A stretch of DNA of 64,000 nucleotides, taken from assembly GCA_903813345.2 (NCBI GenBank), contig CAIIXF020000001.1, positions 23,808,001 through 23,872,000 of the forward strand, given 5' to 3'. Below, in pieces: positions 1 through 13,000 of the stretch. Each line of letters opens with the position of its first letter. The stretch's first letter is position 1. The translations under genes were made by a program, and so were the position numbers. This DNA comes from Owenia fusiformis (lineage: Eukaryota). The notes beneath the pieces are model-generated. The model had not been told where the DNA came from and ran no database searches. It saw nothing but the letters and a program-made list of their open reading frames with translations.

Positions 1-1830
1 ATTGGTATTATGAAATTGCTTTGATTGTGTTTTTGTATATCACATTTTATGTGTACACGGTAATTAATTACTGGCAACAATTCAACTTGAACCACCATAC
101 ATAAATAGAGATATGTTCTTTTATTTCAAAAACATTTGTTTCACATGACTGTTTGATAAATTGCCTAATATGCCCGAGGTCCTCCGACCTCCTTATGAGG
201 ACAGGAAATACTAGGACTATTAAATACGTTCTTACCTGTAGAGTGTCATTTATTAATGTACGGTAATTGATTTCAGATTAACCCCTCCCCAAATATCAAA
301 TGAACAATCATGTTTTTCTTCTCAAATAAACTGATTTGATTGCTGCTCCTTTGCTAACAAACAGTCTTGAACGTTATTCATTCAAATATAAATACACTGG
401 CGGATCCAGGGGGGGGGGGGGCAAAAAATTTGTAGGGACTCAGAAAATGGGCATATTTTGGCACAAGGCAATGAAAAAGCTTCCTTCAGATATAATTCCT
501 GTAATGTCCTTCCAATCTTAGAATACAGTCAGTATTTATATACATTAACATGCTATTATACCCCCGATTATACCATGTGTTTCAACTGCAATTTTACAAA
601 GATGGACACCTATAAGGCCACGATCACTGGTGACAGAGTCCATCTGTACTTATTTGAATAAATTGCAATTAAATCTGTTGAAAATATAAGATAACCTATG
701 AATCTTTTGAAATGAAAAACTACACACTTTAAGATGGATAAATAGCATTCAGTCTAAATATTATTTTAATATAATATAAATATACATCCAATAATTTATT
801 AATACACAAATACATATTTATGATGACAATAGCCTTTATTGCAAAAATGTATCAGCAAAAAGGACTCCATGAAAGACATTGAAAGTCTTGCCTCAAGACC
901 CTGGACCCAACCCTGCTTCGACAACAGTTGAAGTAGATAAGAGGGGGGGGGGGTCTTGAACCAAAACTATTACACGAAGAGTTAATCATCATTTGCAACC
1001 CCAGCTGCTCCTTACTATAATGAATATACATGTAGTCATTTTTTTTACTTGTGTTCTCATGTAGCGTGAACTAAAGTTAATGTACATTAAACATCACAAT
1101 TTATACTATTAAATATTAGACCCATTCAGGTTAATTAATTGTTTAGTGTGCATAAATCAAAAAGACTCAGTGACCAAGATAAAATTGTATCATAAGATAA
1201 AGGGGCTGATGTCTTGTACTTATGACAAAGATGTGCAAAGAGATATGACAAGATTATAAAGCCAAGAAAAGCTCGTTTGAAGGTTTTTCGATAATCCAGG
1301 AAGTATCTCTAAACAGATAATTAATTTGCATGGGCCTTATAATAAAACAAGGCTATGAAAATGCTATAAATATAATGCCTTGAACTGAACACAATTCTGG
1401 CTAGTCATATTATATTTATGTTCACGATTATTACTCACAGCATTTTGTATCAAAATTATGGATTCATTTACCACGCTGGGTGAAGGCAACTCAATGCAAA
1501 CACTTACAGAGAGCTGAATTGCTTCAGATTAATTTTGATTTGATATTAAAAAACAAAGCCAATTTGAAAAAGAAATTTTCAGGTTTGATTTTCTGAAGCT
1601 TGTTCATATACATATACAATTGTACATGTACATTTTTAGCATTAGGTAACTTATCTTAAACAATTAGCATAGGTTAACTTGTCTTAAATATATGTAAATT
1701 GAGCCTTCCATGCCAGGGGCCTAGAAAGGGAGAAAATATTTCACAAAAAGTAGTTCTGTTAATTTTTGATATTTTCAAATGTTGCATCTGCCTTTACCAG
1801 CGTGATTAATGACAGCAGCTATAGAGAAAT

Positions 1831-2272
1831 TCATGTTGAGATTTTAATAGTTTTACGTGTGTTGTTTTCAATGACAATTTTATCCTGGTAATTCTCAGTA
1901 CTAGGCAACCGTTTCCGTGGCAGCCTAGGTATAGGGTCAGCATGCAGAGAATCTGTCGTTGTGTTAATCATAACGAATCCATTCTCAGTGAAACAATTCT
2001 CTACAGTAGGCCTATCATCACTACCATTATCTGTTTCACCATTCACGTGACAGAATCCATTGTCATCATCATCCGAAGCAGTAATGCCTGTATCATCAGC
2101 AATGTTGCCATGGTTACCGTATCCATATATGTAGAATAGGTTATTTACTCGTACGACAAAATCAGTTAGGTTCGGATAAGAGTTAATAATGTTAGAGAAG
2201 TCGTGACGAGGCAATGTGGCATAGCGAATTATGTAACAATGAGCAAATACAACAGCATCCAGTTCAGTTGGG
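1831..2272 (-). CDS. MTX2: Metaxin-2 alternative terminal exon C (paralogous duplicate, long acidic tail); isoform 354 aa
   Basis: Acceptor tttgttttcaattctag|C CCA ACT GAA CTG GAT, same phase. Open 147-codon frame PTELDAVVFAHCYIIRYATLPRHDFSNIINSYPNLTDFVVRVNNLFY... aligns with the MTX2 C-terminal helices. Confidence 0.78.
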
Positions 2273-5200
2273 CTAGAATTGAAAACAAATGTTTCAATTA
2301 TTCCATCTGCCACAATTGAGAGTGTAATGTTAATTTAGCATTTTCTTAAATCTGAATCTGAATCTGAATCTGGGTCATATACAAAACATCAGCCATAAAG
2401 CATATAAACTCACACATTGTTTCATGAACTTTCAAATACTGTATTCTATAGACTTTCATACGATTTCCCTGCACCTCATGATTCTAGATGCATTTATTTA
2501 TAAGTCTTCTAAATCTAAACTATAGCATTGGTTAACCAGACTACCACCAGCAAGATGTCCATTCATTTTAATTTATTTTACTACCAAAGTTTAAAGAGTT
2601 CAAGAAAATAAGGAAATTACAACATGCCCAACAGCCTAAGCCTTGCAGGGAAGCAAATTATATCAAATAGTATGGATTATTGTTTAAATTCAGTTGCATT
2701 ATCAGATTAATATGGTCATTAAAGTTGCAATATGAAGGTGTTGGACTTATTCCAATTATTGTTCTGAGAATTGCTTATTACATTTCAATCAAATATCACT
2801 ATCATAAAAAATGCACTTAATCCAAGATGTAAAGTTGTAATTATTCTACAATGAAGCATGGATGTATCTGTATCTTTATACACGCATACGTATTGTAAGC
2901 CTAACTATTATATCCTATGTCTTTACATTCCTTGGAACTATTTTCAAGGCTTACTAAAAGAGCCCTTGTCAAACTGGGGTTATTGAGGGTCAAGGTCAAA
3001 GTCACATCTGACAAATCAAAGGTCAATACAGTAAACAGTGTAGATCCAAACACATCTCTAGTCTGAACACCTCTCATTGTGAAAACTTTTTCTTGATGCC
3101 AATTTTGTTTTACTAGTATAGTATCCCTTTGACACTCATTGCAATGGGATGTCAAGGTCACCTGCAAAGCTGATCTCTTACGAGTGTTGGGTTTACGGTC
3201 TGAGGTCATTCAAACAGTTACACTAAATAAACATGTGCCAGGGTTTCTGCCATTGTTTATGTCCCATTCAAATGAGTAATCTACGAGTTGAATTTAATTA
3301 GTGCTTACATGATCCAAATACTAATGTAATCTTACTGCCATATAATATGGGATGGTGATTAAACTATGGCTCATTGGCTCTCAATTTAAGACGTGAAGTA
3401 GTGCAGATAATTAACAAGTCTTAGCATTATTGGTCACAAGACACTGTCTTTTCCCACTTTTTTATCCCAAAATTTAGAATTGCCAAGTAATTTTCCCAGC
3501 AAGACCAAGACTTGATCTTGGAACTAGTCTGCTCTTGCATATGTAAAAGATTCAAATTGAATAGGTAAGTGTAACAGTAGGGTGCGCTTACAGCTAGCCT
3601 GCCTGCCCCCCCCCCCAATCCAGACAAACGCACATTCATCAACACAATACAACAGTATGAGGGTATTTGCTTTTAATATTGGAGCGAATAAAATAGCTTA
3701 GTTCATCCTGAAAATTCGGGAATATGTTGTGATTAGTTTGAGATTGGTGATGCAGAATGTGTAAGATTGTGCTCTAATTTACATAAAAAAAATTATTTAA
3801 TAAATGTGATCTTCAGTACAACACACAGAAAGATTAATGAAAACCTTTCAACATAATTTAATGTATGTAAAAAAACTTATTAACTCTTCAGCAGTTGTGC
3901 AATTAATCGCAATACAACTTACAATAGCATAAATAATCTAATAATTGGATTTGCTCAGCCTTAAGGGGGTATCAACACTTACATGTAGGTTAAGGAGCTT
4001 CACAAAGCCCATTTTGTCTAAGAAGCCTCGCAGGAAACCTTGACCTATTAAACTGACCTTGACCCTTCGGGATACTGAATGTCAGGTAGTCCTAAATACA
4101 ATTCTGATCTTTGTCATTTCAGATGATTGTGATAAAGATGGCATTGATCTTATGTGACATTTATACTGTAATAATTAAGAGCTTCAGTGAGCCTTAAAGT
4201 GAAAACACCCATAAATATTGACATCTCAAGTAGCATAAATTTACCTGTAAATGTGGCATTGAGCTTTCATAACCTGAATGGTGTGACATTGAGTCCAAAA
4301 ATTGCAAAATCGATTGGCATTTGACACATTGGGTTACCTTGATTCCATCCCTCAACGTTTCAATTTAAACCTACATTCCCTCTGATGAATCCTGCCTTGT
4401 TTGGTGACTTAGTAATCATAGATCACAGTGTAACCATATTCATCCCAGATACGACAAAGTCATAAATGCACATACCAAGAGGTGATTCTATAATGGAAGA
4501 GCCTGCTTTGTGAGTTTTAATATTCCACATTTGATATCAATACTTGATCAGATGTAACACTTCAAGGATAAACTCACCAAACGTAAGAACATGAATGAAT
4601 CTGCTTTGACATTTTCAATTCCAACGCAACTAACTCTTTCTACTATAATCATTAATTAATTAACACAGCAACTATGTACTCATTAACTAAAGCACCACAT
4701 TAGTATTAAATCTTTGCATGGCCTATTTCATATGATCTTAATTTTATCTTTTTATGACTAATTTACTGGTGTAGGTCAGATATGGTTATTAATTCAATTC
4801 ATATGAATATTGCTAAAAGGAATTATATTGTCAGTGATCTAAAATGTAATTTGATAAAAGTATAAGCTACATCCTTATTATAAGTGAGTGAGAACTGATG
4901 GAGATATCATTTGATGAAACTATTTTATTAATTTCATTATGTAATTGCTCCCATCTTTTAAAAAGCCACGGTCTAAAAAGAAACTTTGCCTCAATAAAGA
5001 AACTTTGCCCCACTCTTTGGTCTAAAAAGCACTTAACATGTAAAAGTTGAGGTAGTGTCGAGATTTTTAGGAAATATACAGGATTTGTATATGCTCAAAA
5101 TCACCCTCAATCTACAGAAACTCTAAAGGAACATGTTATTTCATTCTTCAAGCACTGAGTGCTCTCAAGGTTTGCTGTAGAAAGAAATAAGCAATTTGCC

Positions 5201-5860
5201 TCACAACATGAGAATATCATCCATTGATATCAATGATAAAATTAATATAGGATTGTGGCTTGTATAATTCCCCAATCAGGCAATATGGGAATTATAGAAT
5301 ATTTAAAAGAATGGATAATTTCCTCCTCATGGAGTTGCATGTGGGTGAATAAATGAATGATAAATCCTAATTGAATACGAAATTACATAACTTGCAACTC
5401 ACTGATACCATGATGTCATTTTGATGTACATTTATTTCCATCTGATTAATGGATTATAGAATTAAATTCCAGCAAAAGAATAGCCAGACATTACATAATG
5501 TTCTCTAGTTAATTATGCATAAGCATCAGGTGCATCAACAGATTGCATTGTGATATAAGGAACAGAATATGAGCAATTTATCTAATTTTATAAAGGATCT
5601 AGTGCACCCGCCATTATGATCTCCATATGAACAAAATGAATCATTTTTAGGTGTAACATAAAGAATACAATGTCACATAATACTGTTGAAAATATTTAAG
5701 CGTTTGGACCCACATGGGCTGAGGTTGAGGTCATTAAGTTCAGCAAGGGTGTATTGACTTGCCATTGGATGTGGTTCATTGACTTAACATGTGGATATCA
5801 TCAGATTCCAATGAAGGCCATTGGTTTCTATTGATTTTCACAAAAATACCTAAAATACAC

Positions 5861-5963
5861 TATGACCTGAATCGATTGCAAATTAAATAATTTCACAATA
5901 TGACACAAATGGTATATCACATCAGATGTGCAAATATAAAGTTTGCAATCGATTCAGGTCATA
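5861..5963. repeat. Perfect 22-bp inverted repeat with 59-nt spacer (mini-MITE or hairpin)
   Basis: TATGACCTGAATCGATTGCAAA (5861-5882) and its exact reverse complement (5942-5963); starts and ends in TA. Confidence 0.8.
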
Positions 5964-6759
5964 CTTCAAATTAAAGGCTTAGACATTTTTTTCATCATTT
6001 TTTTCCCTACAAAATGGCTATAGGAAAATGCTTCAAAAGCAACTTTTACACTTATGAAATCCCATACAACTTTGTAAATCCAAAGATTATACTGTTATGT
6101 TTCATTAATTAATAACATATTTGGATAAGATGTAGGGATGTGTAGGATGCAAATGGATTTTGACAGACACAAAAACACTTCCTGGTTTGGCATCTCAACC
6201 CCTGTACACTTTATGATTGAATATTGGCCCTAATAAGTGGCCCATTCATCAATACAGTGCTGAATATAGGTCAAAAAGATACTAGTGTACATATAAATGT
6301 AATAATAAAAGCAGTATTTTTATTTTGAAAAATCAGATGAATTATTTTTTTCTCATGGGGAGATCCCAATGGAGGGTGTATAAGGTCCTTTGTTACTTGA
6401 ATTATGCAAGCAATGCCAGACAGTTTGCGTGCATTTTAGAATCATGTACAGAAGATCATGCTAGGCCCTAAAAGCTAGCTCACAAGTGAACAAATATCAT
6501 CGTTTTGTCTTCACAAAGTTTATTTTTAACAATACTGCAACATGTGTAGCACATAAATACATGAAATACACTGAACAAATCGGTTAAAACAATCCGAATT
6601 AGATTCATACACAAAGGTATAGAAAACAATAAGCAAACGACGGGGTAATATAAGTGTTCAGTATAGGTAAGATAATGAATGGAAGCACACGCTGTATTGA
6701 AACATATTAAATAAGTTTTACGAGTTGCTATTAAATCCTAGTGCCTAATTCATTGAAAA

Positions 6760-7018
6760 TTAATCTCCATTCAGTTTAACAAAACTATCGTCACTATTTT
6801 CTCCATTGCTAGTTTGTCCATTGCCCTCCTGGTGGCGCTGAATTTCAGCTGTGCTGTCATTACGCCAAATCTCTGTGAAGTATTTATTGTCAATGTGAAT
6901 GCAGAATGCTGCAAGGTTTTCAAACTCACCAACAATGTGAGCTAAGTCCATCTTAGGTTGTGAAGTTGATAAAATAGTGAATAAGTGACCGAAAACTAGG
7001 GCATCGATCTCAGATGGT
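6760..7018 (-). CDS. MTX2: Metaxin-2 terminal exon B (closest to canonical MTX2 C-terminus)
   Basis: Acceptor ttgctcttacag|A CCA TCT GAG ATC GAT completes the phase-2 Arg codon. Encodes [18 protein letters not shown]...[14 protein letters not shown]...[11 protein letters not shown]. Confidence 0.9.
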
Positions 7019-10000
7019 CTGTAAGAGCAACATAAAATCTGCTTCATAAAACACTCAAAACCCTCAATTTTACTTATTTTTACAAAAACAATGAAAATTT
7101 AGAATTTTATAAAAGATATCTACACTATGTACAGTACAATATTCAAGTAACATGACGTGTTATTGTATTACTGACAAAACAAAAGCTATGCCATCTATCC
7201 TATGACTGATAAATAATTTTAACGGTTATCAGATGTTCTGAATCTTAGTCTACGATTATGTCTAGATTTACCATTGAACACAATGGTTGATTTTTCAGCG
7301 TCATTTTCATGTGGATGTTCGAGATTGTAGAACAATGCACCAACAGTTTGACACAGGTTGTTAAGGTTACGGTGACTTGAAGCTATCTCTATAAAGAGAT
7401 AGTGAGATAGGGTGTAGTCAGATAGGGTGTTAAGGTGTGCAAACACTGCAGCATCAAGCTCACTAGGACTGCAAGGAAACAGACAAGGAAACAGACAAGG
7501 AAAGCATGCATAGAAGACTAATACAGATCAACATGTACAGAATTGTAGCCAGGGACAGTTTCAAGACATTGCAGATCAAAATGGCTGATTTTCAAATGTA
7601 CTTCATGAAACAATATTAGAGCAATTTTAATGTTGTTTGTTATTTTAATGTTGCTAATGTTGTTTTTGAAAAATAGACCCTTGGCCGGGGTTAATGTTGC
7701 AAAAATCAAGACTTTGTACAATGTACTTTACTGGCAATTCAGATGATTCTAATGATTCACTAAAATAATAATCTAAGCTAAATATTCATATTGTTGATCT
7801 AGTTCTAATTTATACTTTCATTTATCTCAACTGGCTACAATCCAATACTGTAAAATAAGGGGAAGAAAATAAGGTGGAAATGTTGCAAGGTTCTAGCATT
7901 AATACATACAAAAAATGTACATAAGTAAAACATGTATATATTTGTAGAATGCTCAAGATTGAACACCTGAAAATGACATTTTACATCGAAGATGTTTGAA
8001 TGTAGATGTCCAATTGACATCTATGATATAGGCCCAATTCCCATTTGTGTTTAATATTGACATGTTTTACTGTATATACATGGAGTTGGTTGCAGCATGT
8101 TTCCTATTTATACAACAGAAAACAAATGTTTGCAAATTGTTTTTGGTAAGATAAGCAAAGCAATGTGCTATACACGAGGTAATCTGTTAAAATCAGCTCA
8201 ATATCACAACATACAAAGTACACGTACACCCACACACACATTCTCCAGTGCACACGTATAACTTATACTGTGAATTAATTACTCAGTATGAACATTCAAT
8301 GAAAGAAGACAATTTTGATGCAATGTTTCATATTCTGAATAATTTGTTGACATGTACAGGTACTAGACATTTCTTAAGACAGTTCTAGACTTATGTGGTA
8401 TCGTACATTTCAACATGACTAGGGTGACATCTATTACAATCCCTGGTGATTATTGACACAAAAATGTAATCCAGGTACAGAAGGTTGTATGATCATGATT
8501 AGTGTTCTTTATAATCTAATTTTATATGATTTTCCAAAACTTTCAATTGTGTGCATCCATTGGGAAGCAACAGCGACATAAAGCCTTTATTAAATGTAAC
8601 ACAAAAAAGCTAACAATTACACAATGCATCAAAATATGTCAAACCATTTGTGAAAAGTGCTCCACTTAAATTAATAATTAAACCCATCAAAATATTCTTA
8701 CCGATTGCCGAAGAAATATTGCTGATTGCCTAGCCTTTCCGAAAGTGCTGAGCAACACGTCCTAACCTCCTCACAGACCTCTTCATATGTCTTCTGTGCC
8801 CAGCCAAGAGCCTTCAGTTTGCGCCCGATCTCCATCTGTCGCTTCCAAGGCAAAATTATATTCAGAGGCCAAGGGTAGGGGGAGCCGTACCTAATTTTAG
8901 TCACCTCTGTATAAGTAGTGGTCTCACACCATGTTAAATAGAGCTGAAAACATATGATTAGGTTTACTGTATTTTTTTCTCTAATTTCAAATGTATCTTT
9001 CATACTAGCAGCAATGCAAAAGTTATGGGTTTCTAAAGTTTATTTCTGTGCCCATTAACATGATTCTTTTTTGAAACAAAACTTTGATCATATTATATCA
9101 TGGAGCATCGTACCTCAGCATTCACCATAACTTTGTCAATTAGAGACATATAAGCTCTCATCTCTGCTCTCTCTGAATCATTGAGGTTGTCACTCAGGTG
9201 ATGACCCTGGAATAACAAACAAAATAGACATTTCAATAAATCCTGACCCCATTATGGCAAAGCTTGACAGAATGAGAGTGCCAATGGGTAAATAGTTGTG
9301 GGTTTTTGATTCACGTAACACATTTCAATTTAGGAATGAGAAGTAAAAGGAATAATAACATTCATCAGAATTCCTGAATTTCATATTTCTGATGTTTTGG
9401 GTCCTTAGGGCTTACCTAACCGCTTCTTTTTAACAATGCAATAATTGTATCACATACATAGTAAACACATTAAGACAGAATGATATGAATAAGAAGGGCA
9501 TTTTTATGAAACAAGTTTGGAATTTCTATGCTACCAATGTTACAATTTTTTTTATTTTTAATAATCATTTATTTCATATATATACTATACATACAATAAT
9601 ACAATAATAACGTTTGACTAGGTTACAAGTAACATTATTGTCAAACTGTTACAATTAATGGTGATAACATTTGGAGAACCTCTTAAATGCTATAATTAAC
9701 AACATATTATGAACATTTCTTCAACCCCTTGCCCCTACTTGTGCAGTAAAATATGTCTGAGGTAAAACCTACTGGGACTTTAAATGTGATTACATTGGTG
9801 AAAGGTGTTCACATTTAGATGGTCTGACAAAATTGAGAAATTAAGAAAAAGAGTCTATATATTAAGGTGTTCGCTCAAGAGAGGTGTTCATAATTGCAGG
9901 TTTTATTGTACCGTATCTGGAGATAAAAGGTAACATTACACTTACCTTTGTATTGATAAAGGCTATAATTGGATCAAGCTCTGATATAAGGAAAGGCCCT

Positions 10001-13000
10001 ATTTTCATGAATGGCACTATACCTGTAACGGAAGAAGTGCTTTATAATACTGAAAACAATTTTCAATCAGTTGAAAACAATTTTTAATCATATTTAATTG
10101 GTTCACTGTCATTACACACACGTTTTTGATAATAACTTTGACCCATGATTTGAACATTTGCCCTATATTATTTGTTATTTAGCACATGTAAACTATATAA
10201 GTGTCCAAATCATGGGTTAAAGTTAAAACTTGTATGGGATACTATGTTAAACATTCAACATTTTTAATGTAGCTTGTCTTTTTCAAATGATGTTAAGCTC
10301 AAGTGCATTAATTTGAGATTATCTGATAAGTACTGGTACAGAATTAGATCACTGACGAATGAGTCATTCTGCTCAACCAGAATATATTGTAGGAAAACAT
10401 TAAAACATTTAAACATTTTCTCCAACAACTACATAACTATACAGCAGTGTGACAGTTTGTTTTTGTGAACTCACATTCCATAAGACATTTTTTCGAAATT
10501 TAGGCCTAGAAAATTTAAGTTAAGTGGAGTTGTACAACGTATGGAGAAATGCCTGCAGAGGGGGATATAATACCTGATGGCGACATGTTTTCTGCATTGT
10601 TACGCAGCTCTACAGTGTACTTCAGTCCACACATATTGAGGAACGTGCGAACACTAACACAAGACGCAGCATCAGGAAGCAAAATCTGTTTATCTACAAA
10701 GTTCAATTCAATAATGTTAATTGTACATTTGATTATGCATTATAGCCACTATTAACTTATACAGGGGAGCTACCCTATTGACAATTCAAAAATGCAAGCT
10801 ACCCCTCTGAAAATCTTTTATTACCCTGTCTTTAAGATGAAATATTTGCTGGAATTACACCATGCATTTAAGAAGGTGCCTACCTAAGGTTTTAACCCCT
10901 TTTGAAAAATAGAATCACGATTGTGGTTTTACAAAAGCGCTTTTCCAAAACTCCTAGGACCCAAGTCACTAAAAACGCCTCAAATTGTTAGGCACTTATA
11001 ATAATGGATGGGACCCAAAAATGCAATAGGTCATCAAATTATATCTCAAAAATTGAAAGTAAGTTCACATCACTGGCACAAGTCTCGGTTTTCTCTTCGA
11101 TGCTAAAAGAATACATTTATTGTTGATGTACACATATGCTGGATATTCTCCACATCTACATCGTTAAAAGTGCACAAAAGGCATTTTAGAAATGACAGGT
11201 GTAATTTCAAAATAAAATCCCTAAGGCGCTTTAAAAATGTTGGTGTAATCAGGATGGCAATTTTGTAAAGCGCTTTCTACTAAAGTGCTTTTTGCGCTTT
11301 TTCTGGTGTGATTCTAGCAATTAAGACCAAATTAGATAGAATAAGAATTTAGCATGTAATGTCTAATTTTGCAAGACATGTACAAGTACATATTTACAGT
11401 TATTTATTTATTATTTTTTTTATACATTATCAATTTATTTCATCATAATCATGTTTTACAAGAATGGCTTGCCAATCGCTTATAAAGCATTATAGGCTAA
11501 GCTAGAAAATACATAAATTTAATTACAAATGTAAATGCATGTAATATGGAAGAATAGCAGCAATTTGGATAAGAAATGGGAAATAGGACAGGCTTGGGTC
11601 ATGTGTCATAGTCTCAGTGAGGGGATAGTAGGCATAGTTAATACTTGCTTGGAGGGTCCCATAGAGAATTATGATTATGTTAAGAGTTCTCCAGTAAAAA
11701 ATTGGCAACAAGAGCAAAAAGTTCATTATTTTGTGCCAGCGATAAATCGTCACTGCCATGTTTCAGAAAATCTTTAAATTGGCTTTTGTTCCTTATAGCT
11801 AAAGGCTTGTAAGTCTCTACAAGTGCAAGAAAAGTGTTCCTATTTTGTGCTTTATTTGGACAATAAAAGAATAAATGTTTTGGAGTTTCAGGCACACCAC
11901 AAGCGCAGTTTGGTGTTTCAATATAAGTAAAATTATGGCCATATAGCTGAGCTTTAGTGAGCAAGTCAACTCTGAATCTATTGAGAATTATTTCTTGATT
12001 TCTTTTTAACTTTAATTTAGTAGTTGGTAAAAAGGAGGGCTTAGGGATTTTAATTTTTTGTAAGTTATTGAAGCTGGTAATTGTTTTGCTTTCTCGAATA
12101 TACTTCGGTAGCTTGTTCCAGTGGGAGATAGCATTGAGGACAGAAGAGTTTCTAAATTTGGTTGAGCTTTTGGCAGGTATTTTGAAATCAGGATTTGATC
12201 GGAGTTCTCTGGGATTTTGAATCCTCAGAGGTTCAAAGATGTCTTTCACATAGCTTGGAGTGAGATTATTTTTAACTCTAAACATGAATTTATTTATTTG
12301 CATTGACCGCCTTGTTTCTAGATCAGGCCATGTGAGTGTATTCTTTACCTTAATTGAACTACTACCATGTAAACATCCACTGCATATAAGAGCAGCTTGA
12401 TAGAATAATTTATTTAATATGTTAAGGACACTTTGAGTAGAGGAATCGTAGAGTATTGCGCCATATTCAAAGTGTGGTCGAATGAAAGACATGAAAATTG
12501 TTTCGAGGACATTGGAATTTAGTTTCTTTTGCAGTGATCTGAGAGGATTCAGGAGTTTGTTTACTTTGTTTCTTATGGCAATTATATGTTGTTTGTTAGA
12601 CATGTGCTCGTCAAAGGTATAGCCTAAATGTTTATGCGATGTTTCCCTTTTTATTAAAGCATTATTCATAAAGGAATTGTTCACTTGGCCAAGTTTAATT
12701 CTGGAGTTATGAAAAATTATTTCGACACTTTTTTCAGGTTTAAAGTTGAGATTCCATTATTTACAGTTATTGTATCTACATGTATATTACATGGTCATGG
12801 TGTAATTTATAGCTTGCTGGTTGAATAACACTATTAAATAACATTATAAAATATAAATATGCATGAAGAAAATGTATGATTTCAAATCAAACACAATATA
12901 TTTTAATGATTTCTATTCAAATTACTAACATTGAAAATGACCTTCATTTTCCAAATATTTCATTTCTCAATATTTTGATGATTATGACATGTTTTGGTAG

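Noticed and set aside
200-660. Minus-strand splice-like sites near 235 and 570-640 suggesting exons of a neighbouring gene
   Set aside because: No recognisable coding signal, and the rest would lie outside the window.
3427-3645. 72-aa minus-strand ORF between terminal exons B and C
   Set aside because: No similarity to the metaxin terminal exons, non-ATG start and no convincing acceptor.
2901-4066. 102-aa ORF (2901-3209), a cluster of AGGTCA half-sites, and a 13-bp inverted match (2986-2998 vs 4054-4066) as a possible fourth exon or exon-selector pairing
   Set aside because: No P-[ST]-E-x-D-A homology or suitable acceptor. TGACCTT-type words recur in repeats elsewhere in the window, so a 13-bp match is weak evidence.
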